In this document: positions 15,728 to 23,504 of the stretch, in pieces | Position numbering within the stretch: position 1 is the first letter of the stretch | How the letters are laid out: every line of letters begins with the position of its first letter | Source of the DNA: Chlamydiales bacterium | GTDB lineage: Bacteria; Chlamydiota; Chlamydiia; Chlamydiales; JBDQID01 | Assembly (NCBI GenBank): GCA_047611865.1 | Contig: JBLFWS010000014.1 | Coordinates: 1-34,793 of the forward strand | DNA: 34,793 nt | Reading direction: 5' to 3' | Translations under genes and position numbers: made by a program | The notes under the pieces: model-generated | What the model saw: only the letters and a program-made list of their open reading frames with translations | The model's database searches: none | Told to the model about the DNA's origin: nothing

Positions 15728-18406
15728 TCACCTTCTTTTTACCTCCACAACAAAATGAGATGGAATACTATATTCTGCTGTCTCTTCAAAACGTTTACCG
15801 AGGATTTCCAGGTATTCAGGCGTTGCCCCTCCCATAGATTGTAAGTCAAAGGTGGAAGCTGCCATTCTCAAAAGACCATGTTTTAAAGCAGCCTGGTATT
15901 CACTACTGTGAGCAAATAGACGCACCCGAAGCTTTGAAGACCTCGTGTAGGCCATGGCAAGCAGAAGCTTTTGCAGAAGCTCCCTTTTTTCTTTAAAATC
16001 TCCTCTTTCCCTTACAGCATGAGAGACAAGCATCTGATCTATAAAGAGGACGGGCTTATCGCGAAAGCTTTTATGCTTCCCCATCAGCAAGCGCAACATC
16101 GCAGCTGCGAGGAGCTCTCCCGAAGCATTTCGCAATGTTATCAACTTAATTTTTCCAGAAGAAGAATGCCCTGCAAGAGTATAATAGATACCCTTGTCAT
16201 GGAATTTCCCGAGGGTAGCCCCCAGCTCATCGGCAAGGGTGAAAAACACTTCCGGATCATCCGATTCTTCTAGCGTTGCTCCCTGTATCAGAAGATCTGC
16301 GCGAACATTTTTTGCAAGAATACTAAGCTCTGATACCTTCTGGCTGCTTTTTTGTGCCCAAAATTCAAGTGTATCCAAGGGCATGTGCTGCAGGTGCTCC
16401 CAGCTCTCACAGCTCTCTCCATAACGGAGCTTCTCCAGACTTTCCTCTCCCTGCTTACCCAATTCCAAAACAGCAGCTAGCCAACGCTTGTAATTTTCTT
16501 TTTCATGATCCGAGCCCTCTTTGCTTTTAAGGAGTCTTAAGAGGTTCATTGGGTACTTCCACTTAAGCAAGAGTTTCCTCTGAATCTTGTCAAAGACAAT
16601 TACAGAAAACCATCGTTCTGTAATACCCATCGTATCCATCAGGTCGCGCATAGCCGCATGAAACAAACGCTTTGTATCCCAATGTTCATCTAAAAATGCC
16701 CGATATTCCTGAGAGCTTTCACACAGTGCTGCCTTAATCTGGAGGGAGTAGATCAGGTGCATGTAAAATTCGATAAGAAAGTTTACATCCTCTTCCCTTT
16801 TCCCTTCTTCTCCCATCAGCAAACGAAGGCTTGCGCCTATATCTTCCATTGTCAAGCACGTATGCAGCTGCAAATAAGAAACCAAATTCATTAAATCTGA
16901 TGCAAGAGGACTGACAGCAGCTAAAAACTCTCGACTCAACTGCACGCCACATTCTTTAAGAGGTCGGTACAAAAAAGGGAACAGTAAGTTTTCATCGGAG
17001 TTTACGAGGTTATAGGGTTCTCCCCTACACTTTTCCCATAAATTATCGCCCGAATCATGAATCATAAATTGGAGTGTTTCCCACAGATCTTGTGAAAACC
17101 CTTGCCCACTTGCTGCAAGCAAAACAGCAAAGTTCCGCAAAGATTCTCCGTGAAAACCCTCTCTAAAAGCTTGGCTGTACTCCCATATCTGAGAAAAACT
17201 TTTCGAAAGAACATGTCCCTTTTTCTTTTCCATATGCTCAGGGCGATGGTGAGGCATTAGGCAAAGGGCCTGAAAGGCTGCATGTTTAGCGCTTCCGGCG
17301 TACTCTCCAAAAAGATCATAGGCTTTTTCATAGATAATATCTCGCAGACCACTGCCATCCTCATGAAGTGTCTTTTCCATAAAATCTTCGTGAAAGATAC
17401 TACGGGAGAAATCTCCAAAATCTGCGTTTCCAAGATATGTTTGAGCTAAGGATCTAAGCTTAGAGACAAAATTTCCCACACCCCATTTTCCATTTTCCTC
17501 TTTCCACAAAGCATGTAAAGCGTTAGCACCCTCATCAGAGGAGAGTACGGTCACGAGGGTCTCATTACTTATTCCCTGTGACAAGGTAAGCCGAAGAAAC
17601 AAGGCTTTCAACTCTACAGGATCGAATTTTTCACATCCCGTAAAAAAACGTAACTCTTCAACTATTCCACCTTTTACAGAAAGCTTGCTCACAATTTCCC
17701 TAATGGAAGGAGTATTCAAAGCATAAACGGTTATTCCAGGATGTGCGCATAGACAGTCATGAAACAACGGAGTGAAAAACTCCTCTCGCTCTCTGTCATT
17801 TTCAAAAGAAAAGCGCCCAACATTCCGCAAAAACTGGTAAGGCATGCGCAGAACGAAGCGATGAGCCATCTCTTTAAGGAAGGGGTAAGTATTTGATTTG
17901 CTAATACTAAGGGAGCCGTCCCCTACAGGGGTTCCAGAAAATGGTCGTACTGCGTCAAAAAACCAAAGGAGATTTTCGTGCTGATGAAGTTGATAGATCA
18001 AGCCAGCCTCTAAAATATCTCCAAACGCATCCCTATGCATTTTTTCATCGATATCCATGCCCAATATTCCCGGCAAAGCGAAAAGGGAAGTCTCCCCTTC
18101 ACAAACACAGAACTTTCCAAATTCTATCGCCGCCTTAATCTCTTGGCTGTCAAAAAGGTCAAGCCCAAAAAGAGTGGCCATGCTTTGGCCTACAAAATCT
18201 TCTGATAGATAGTAACGTTTGACGATCTCTACAAGTAAATCTCTCTGCTCAGCTTCTTGCAAGTTAAGCTGGAGGTACAGCAAGCACTCGGGAAGTTCTC
18301 TAACGGGCACCTCGCCTTCTCTCAACCTATCCAGAATCTCATTGTAGCTCTTCTCTACTGCACCTACATATACCGTATCTGTTCCTGCATCCGATTGGGG
18401 AGACAT
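15728..18406 (-). CDS. Large hypothetical protein (892 aa), helical body with an alpha/beta C-terminal domain; possible effector
   Basis: Long uninterrupted ORF with RBS AGGTG. C-terminal GKIKLITLRNASGELLAAAMLRLL...KPVLFIDQ has a GNAT-like strand pattern. Confidence 0.75.
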   Translation of the reverse strand: MSPQSDAGTDTVYVGAVEKSYNEILDRLREGEVPVRELPECLLYLQLNLQEAEQRDLLVEIVKRYYLSEDFVGQSMATLFGLDLFDSQEIKAAIEFGKFCVCEGETSLFALPGILGMDIDEKMHRDAFGDILEAGLIYQLHQHENLLWFFDAVRPFSGTPVGDGSLSISKSNTYPFLKEMAHRFVLRMPYQFLRNVGRFSFENDREREEFFTPLFHDCLCAHPGITVYALNTPSIREIVSKLSVKGGIVEELRFFTGCEKFDPVELKALFLRLTLSQGISNETLVTVLSSDEGANALHALWKEENGKWGVGNFVSKLRSLAQTYLGNADFGDFSRSIFHEDFMEKTLHEDGSGLRDIIYEKAYDLFGEYAGSAKHAAFQALCLMPHHRPEHMEKKKGHVLSKSFSQIWEYSQAFREGFHGESLRNFAVLLAASGQGFSQDLWETLQFMIHDSGDNLWEKCRGEPYNLVNSDENLLFPFLYRPLKECGVQLSREFLAAVSPLASDLMNLVSYLQLHTCLTMEDIGASLRLLMGEEGKREEDVNFLIEFYMHLIYSLQIKAALCESSQEYRAFLDEHWDTKRLFHAAMRDLMDTMGITERWFSVIVFDKIQRKLLLKWKYPMNLLRLLKSKEGSDHEKENYKRWLAAVLELGKQGEESLEKLRYGESCESWEHLQHMPLDTLEFWAQKSSQKVSELSILAKNVRADLLIQGATLEESDDPEVFFTLADELGATLGKFHDKGIYYTLAGHSSSGKIKLITLRNASGELLAAAMLRLLMGKHKSFRDKPVLFIDQMLVSHAVRERGDFKEKRELLQKLLLAMAYTRSSKLRVRLFAHSSEYQAALKHGLLRMAASTFDLQSMGGATPEYLEILGKRFEETAEYSIPSHFVVEVKRR

Positions 18407-18549
18407 CCATTCACCTGTTCAATTTTCGATAAGCGATCATACCATCCAGAAAATTTAAGATTCTGTAAAGAGAATCTTTCGTGATATTTGTGCTTATTTC
18501 ATTCATTATATATAATAAATTTTATCACTATCACTCAAAGGCTACTCTA

Positions 18550-20067
18550 ATGAGTCAGTTCTTCGACACTCCTGCTCTTATGAATCAATTATTCGACACT
18601 TCTGCTTTCATGTTTTCCCAGTGGCTCTTTGTTAAATTCCTAGGAGTTACCTACTTCATCGCCTTCTTTTCCCTATTCGTTCAGATGAAAGGTCTGTACG
18701 GTAAAAACGGGATACTACCTGTTAGTGAACTACTCGAGTCAGTGGAAAAGCGTTCCGGAAAAAAGGAATATTTCAGACTCCCCACCGTATTCTGGTGGAA
18801 ATGTACGGATAAAATGCTGGCCTACACCTCATGCATTGGGTTTCTATCAGGCGCACTTCTCCTCGCTGACATCCCCTACACTTCTACCCTCTTACTAATC
18901 ATCTGCTGGGGTCTCTATCTTTCCTTTGTCAACGTAGGCTCTAATTTTTTGTCCTTCCAATGGGATACCCTTCTTCTGGAAGTGGGCTTCTTCGCAATAT
19001 TTTTCTCCATGGCTACCCCCCCTCCCCTTCTTCTTCTCTTAGCTATCTGGTTTCTCCTTTTTCGTTTAATCTTTTCCGCTGGTATTGTAAAGATACTTTC
19101 CAAATGCCCCGCATGGCGCAGTCTGACAGCTTTTGATTTTCATTACTACACCCAACCCATCCCCAACAAAGTTGCCTGGTACTTTCACCAATTTCCACAA
19201 ATCCTTGGCAAAGTCGCTGTCGTGGCTACTTTCTTGATCGAACTAATCCTGCCCTTTTTCATTTTTTCCCCTTCATTTTTAAGGATATACGCTTTCATAG
19301 GTATCATTGGTCTGATGTTGATAATCCAAATATCAGGGAACTATGCTTTTTTCAATTTCTTAACCATCGTCGCAGCTATTCCTCTTTTAGAAGACGGCTA
19401 CTACCAGGCCATTCTAGGTGATATGGCGATCATGCCTCCCAGTGAACCTTTTTTCTTCGTACAGGTTCTTCTTTCCATCGTAGGGCTTGGCTTGATCTTT
19501 CTGAATGCCTTACAGCTTGCAGGTATGTTTGTTCCTCTGGGCCGTCTGATCTCCGTTTTACGTTTTGCCGCTCCCTTTCACATAATCAGCGGATACGGAC
19601 TTTTCGCCCGCATGACAACTACACGCTATGAAATTATTGTAGAAGGTAGTGATGACGGAAAAACCTGGAAAGAATATGAGTTCCATTGGAAACCTGGCGA
19701 CCTCAATGGGCCTCTTCGTCAGGCAGCCCCCCACCAACCTCGCCTTGACTGGCAGATGTGGTTCGCCGCATTAGGGAAATACGAGCAGAACCCTTGGTAC
19801 ACGCGCTTTCTTGTACGCCTCCTCGAGGGATCTAAGGATGTCACGAACCTTTTAAAAACCAATCCATTCCAACACCACCCTCCCAAATACATTCGAGGGA
19901 GTTTCTACGAATACCATTTTACCAATATCGATGAAAGAGTGGACTCTGGAAATTGTTGGAAGCGCGAACACAAAGGACTATATTCACCTGTCTTCTCACT
20001 CCCAGAGGAGAAAAGGCCCAAAGCTAAAGATCCTGAAGAAACAAGCTCTACGACAACTGAGCTATAG
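18550..20067 (+). CDS. Lipase maturation factor (LMF) family membrane protein
   Basis: GLYGKNGILP, FQWDTLLLEVGF, HYYTQPIP, SGNYAFFN and APHQPRLDWQMWFAAL motifs; multiple transmembrane helices. Confidence 0.92.
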   Translation: MSQFFDTPALMNQLFDTSAFMFSQWLFVKFLGVTYFIAFFSLFVQMKGLYGKNGILPVSELLESVEKRSGKKEYFRLPTVFWWKCTDKMLAYTSCIGFLSGALLLADIPYTSTLLLIICWGLYLSFVNVGSNFLSFQWDTLLLEVGFFAIFFSMATPPPLLLLLAIWFLLFRLIFSAGIVKILSKCPAWRSLTAFDFHYYTQPIPNKVAWYFHQFPQILGKVAVVATFLIELILPFFIFSPSFLRIYAFIGIIGLMLIIQISGNYAFFNFLTIVAAIPLLEDGYYQAILGDMAIMPPSEPFFFVQVLLSIVGLGLIFLNALQLAGMFVPLGRLISVLRFAAPFHIISGYGLFARMTTTRYEIIVEGSDDGKTWKEYEFHWKPGDLNGPLRQAAPHQPRLDWQMWFAALGKYEQNPWYTRFLVRLLEGSKDVTNLLKTNPFQHHPPKYIRGSFYEYHFTNIDERVDSGNCWKREHKGLYSPVFSLPEEKRPKAKDPEETSSTTTEL

Positions 20068-21741
20068 CCTCGTTAGCAAATGATCTGCCACACGAAAAGC
20101 GTTGGCATATATCGTCCAGGTATAAGTGATACTCCCTCCTGTAGGCATAAAACTCCCGTCTGTGACAAAAAGGTTATCTGAATCGTGTAGCTTGCAGTGA
20201 ACATCAAGCACCGACTGCTGAGGGTCTGTACCAAAGCGACAGCCACCAACAACCAGGTTGGGTGGAGGTGAGCCACTAACAGAGGCCTGGATATTTTCCG
20301 CCCCCATCTTCTTAAGCAACACTTTCGATCTCTCAGAGAGGTAAGCTCCCACTTTCAGATCGTGAGGATGATACCCCGTTCTCACACGAGCCACGGGTGT
20401 GCCCCACTTGTCTTTGACACTAGGATCGAGAGAGACAAAGCAATTGTCCGTTGGCAGCCAATCGCAAAAGGTCTCGAACTTCAACTGTTTCATCCCAGTG
20501 AATTGTTCTTTGAGTCTATCCTTTAGTTTTTTTCCCCAGAGCAAGCCTCCATTATCGTCCCACTTTAGGTTTTGTGCTCTCCTGATAGGATTAGGGTGAG
20601 CAAAAAGAAAATCTATTGTCCCGCCTTTTGTCCGCGAAGCAAATGGCCCCCCTTTAATCTCATACCAGTCCTGCAATCCTCTGTTGACAAAGGGCCCCTG
20701 AACTTTCAGCATCTCCACCTTTTGCCTGTCAAAATTCTTGTAGAGTAGATCTCCTCGTCCTACTCCTCCCGCAGAAAAAACTAAGTTTTTCCCCACCTGC
20801 CCATAGCGATTTCCCAATCCGTTCTTATGGCGGGGGCCGGTAGAAGAAAGAAGAAGCCTGGATGTTTCAATGGCTTGGCAAGCCACAACAAAAAGCTTAG
20901 CGCGCGCCTCACGAGATTTCCCATCCCTATCATAGTAGCGCGCCGCAGAGATATTGCCTGATTCATCGGACAGCAGATGGTACACTTTAGAATGGGGGCG
21001 CACCTCACAGTTTCCCGTTCGCACCGCTGGATCAAGCAAGGCGGCCCTTGAGCTACCCTTAGCTTTTGTAGTACAGCCGTAGCTTCCGCAATAGCCTGAA
21101 TACCCACAGCTCCCTCTTCCCATAGCTCCTTCTGAAAGGATTGCTCGGGGTGTCACAAGAGGATGTAATCCCTCATCCCTGCAAACCTTGTCCAGCCATC
21201 CAGAAAGGGGATGTTCTAAAGTGGGGGGATAGGGAAAGTCCTCCGTTGAGCGAGGCTCCTGATGAGGATGAGGGGTCACCACCCCTGAAACTCCCACCAA
21301 GGATTCCACCTTGGTATAGTAGGGTTCGAGGTCCTCATAGGTGATGGGCCAGTCCACCGTATTAGCTCCTTCAATGGGACCAAACTCTGAAAGGAGGCGA
21401 AAGTCATTGGGTTTCATGCGGTAAAAGAATCCACTCATAAAGTTTGAAGATCCTCCCACGCAGTTCCCATTCCAAAAGCTACGCCCTGAAGAAGATGTCG
21501 CCTTACTTGACCAGCTGCCTTGTCTATTTTTTTTCTCGATTACATGCTGTTCATCCTTCAAATCGGGGGTATAGATATCCCTCTTGCAAGCGCCTATTTC
21601 GTCTTTGAAAAAATCCCCTTCTTTAAACCATGGACCCTTTTCTAATACCAGGACCTTATAGCCTTCCTTTGCAAGAGTCCAAGCTATTGGCCCTCCTCCT
21701 GCGCCGCTGCCAATCACACATACATCAAATTCAATACTCAT
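20062..21741 (-). CDS. GMC family FAD oxidoreductase (sugar/gluconate dehydrogenase flavoprotein subunit)
   Basis: VIGSGAGG dinucleotide fold, Cys cluster CGYSGYCGSYGC, and NLFVTDGSFMPT. Confidence 0.9.
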   Translation of the reverse strand: MSIEFDVCVIGSGAGGGPIAWTLAKEGYKVLVLEKGPWFKEGDFFKDEIGACKRDIYTPDLKDEQHVIEKKNRQGSWSSKATSSSGRSFWNGNCVGGSSNFMSGFFYRMKPNDFRLLSEFGPIEGANTVDWPITYEDLEPYYTKVESLVGVSGVVTPHPHQEPRSTEDFPYPPTLEHPLSGWLDKVCRDEGLHPLVTPRAILSEGAMGRGSCGYSGYCGSYGCTTKAKGSSRAALLDPAVRTGNCEVRPHSKVYHLLSDESGNISAARYYDRDGKSREARAKLFVVACQAIETSRLLLSSTGPRHKNGLGNRYGQVGKNLVFSAGGVGRGDLLYKNFDRQKVEMLKVQGPFVNRGLQDWYEIKGGPFASRTKGGTIDFLFAHPNPIRRAQNLKWDDNGGLLWGKKLKDRLKEQFTGMKQLKFETFCDWLPTDNCFVSLDPSVKDKWGTPVARVRTGYHPHDLKVGAYLSERSKVLLKKMGAENIQASVSGSPPPNLVVGGCRFGTDPQQSVLDVHCKLHDSDNLFVTDGSFMPTGGSITYTWTIYANAFRVADHLLTRL

Positions 21742-22310
21742 ATTTTTAAAACCTCTTGGTAACGTTTATCTTCTGAGGGCAAGGGATATCCCGGCTGATG
21801 CTCCAAATACTTCCAGCCTATTTCATCTGGGTTCCCTCCATATACGGGGTCGCCAAGAAGTGCTTCAAAAATATACGTTAGTAAAACAGAAAGCCAACGC
21901 TCCCCAAAATGACTTTTAGACATTCCTTGGAGAATATTTTCTCGCTGCTGATTCGTCAGATAAACGAAATATTCTTCATATCGCTCAAAAGAATCCTCGT
22001 TGATTATCCTAACACCCTTTTTGATAAAGGATTTTTCCTCAAGATCTATCCGTGGGGCATCCATAACATTATCACGAAGGTATTGTAAGGCATTCACCTC
22101 TTTAGCTCCCACAGAGTCCGGCTCTGAGGGTAAGAGGTGCTCCTGTACCTTCTTGATGGTGAGCCATGGATCTTTCAATGATGTCTCGATTTTTTCTTTA
22201 CTTGCCACAGACAAAAGACCAGGGCTCACAGCTGCCAGAGTAGAAGCCCCTAGCAAGCGAATCAGAAAAGATCGCCGTGTCATTTTTTTTGAAGGATCAG
22301 AACTCTTCAT
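21738..22310 (-). CDS. Gluconate 2-dehydrogenase subunit 3 (gamma) family protein with a Tat signal
   Basis: TRRSFL twin-arginine signal and GDPVYGGN...GWKYL motif; ATGA overlap with the GMC gene. Confidence 0.88.
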   Translation of the reverse strand: MKSSDPSKKMTRRSFLIRLLGASTLAAVSPGLLSVASKEKIETSLKDPWLTIKKVQEHLLPSEPDSVGAKEVNALQYLRDNVMDAPRIDLEEKSFIKKGVRIINEDSFERYEEYFVYLTNQQRENILQGMSKSHFGERWLSVLLTYIFEALLGDPVYGGNPDEIGWKYLEHQPGYPLPSEDKRYQEVLKI

Positions 22311-22524
22311 TGACCTACCCATTCGAAGAAAAACGTCTTTTATGACAGAAAAGAAGAGAAAAAGAAAAGAAGAAAGAGAGGAAGAGGAGATAAATAAAAT
22401 CAGAGTTGATCTCTATCTTCACGGCCCTTGCATATCTTTATTCGGATGGAGTATTTTTGAAATAAGTTAATAAAAGAAATATAACTAATTGAATTTCTAT
22501 CTTGTGCTCTTTTGGTAATTCATT

Positions 22525-22590
22525 TCCCTCCTCTTCTCTTCCTTCGCATTCCTCTTCCCTTCTTTCTTCTCTTCTTTCTTCTCTTCTCTC
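22525..22590. repeat. Degenerate copy of the 10049-10460 repeat unit, facing a polypurine tract at 22347-22390
   Basis: tccctcctcttctcttccttcgcattcctcttcccttctttcttct shares blocks with the 90-bp unit. Confidence 0.55.
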
Positions 22591-22624
22591 TAATGAACTT
22601 AGGCTAGACTAGCCTGATCCCAGG

Positions 22625-22781
22625 CACGGGTTCGGCCACAAACTTTCATTTCTACTATGATCTTTTCCCGCCTAGCATTGCGTTCTATCTCGTTAACATG
22701 AATACACTTACTTCGACCTCCACGCTTAGCCAACCGAAAAAATCTCACGCCAAAAATGCAAGTTTGCGGCCGATCCCAGTG
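22625..22781. mobile_element. MITE-like element (157 bp) with imperfect terminal inverted repeats of about 27 bp
   Basis: CACGGGTTCGGCCACAAACTTTCATTT matches the reverse complement of AAATGCAAGTTTGCGGCCGATCCCAGTG. Non-coding interior; no target-site duplication seen. Confidence 0.55.
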
Positions 22782-22863
22782 TAATTATAATTTGGAATTG
22801 CGCTAAAGAAGCGGCTTCGCTAGCATCCGAATTTTATTCTCAACACCAAACCCAGGAGATCTA

Positions 22864-23358
22864 ATGTCTAGTCCTATATTCAATCCTCCATCACCTACCT
22901 ACGATCCCATTCTTCCTGATGTCTGCTTTTTTAATGAGCACTGTCCACTGAATCCCGATACAGAAAATCCTGTTCATGAATTTGTCATGAAAACTATATT
23001 CACCTCGCCTCCCCCTCCAAACTCACCAGATTCTTCACCCCGTGGCTCACGTCCTTTTCCCTTTCCATCTACTGAACCAGGACTTCCGCCTCCTCTTTTC
23101 ATCTTCGAGCCCGTGGTCTTACCTCCTCCAGTTATATTTCAGGAAGAAAGATGTAAGCACTGTAACATTAGAGAGTTCAAGGCAACACAACTTCCTGTAG
23201 ACCCAAGAGTAACAGAAATCGCAAGCCCTCTTCTTTCCGATAGCTCCTCTATCAAAGACGAGTCTAATACCGAGGTCTCATCGCCAAAATCGGCAACAGA
23301 GCAAGTAGCTACCGAAGAATCCAGGCCAGAAAAAAAAGACTCCGATACAGAGGAGTAA
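22864..23358 (+). CDS. Proline-rich hypothetical protein, putative secreted effector
   Basis: AGGAG RBS; P/S-rich and probably disordered, with CKHC and an acidic tail. Confidence 0.72.
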   Translation: MSSPIFNPPSPTYDPILPDVCFFNEHCPLNPDTENPVHEFVMKTIFTSPPPPNSPDSSPRGSRPFPFPSTEPGLPPPLFIFEPVVLPPPVIFQEERCKHCNIREFKATQLPVDPRVTEIASPLLSDSSSIKDESNTEVSSPKSATEQVATEESRPEKKDSDTEE

Positions 23359-23391
23359 AAAAACACGAAGATTGTGAAAAAAAGAAGGATG

Positions 23392-23468
23392 CACAGAGTA
23401 CTGAGAGAGCACCAAGAAAAAAGAAGATCAAGAATCTTATCCTCTCTGTGTTCTCTCAGTACTCTGTG
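23392..23468. repeat. REP-like inverted repeat between convergent genes (possible bidirectional terminator)
   Basis: Perfect 17-bp inverted repeat CACAGAGTACTGAGAGA / TCTCTCAGTACTCTGTG. Confidence 0.65.
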
Positions 23469-23504
23469 GTTAACTCCTCCTTTTTCATCGTCTCTTTTCT
23501 TGAA

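Noticed and set aside
22000..22470. 156-aa + strand ORF
   Set aside because: Antisense to the gamma subunit gene and extended only by the polypurine tract.
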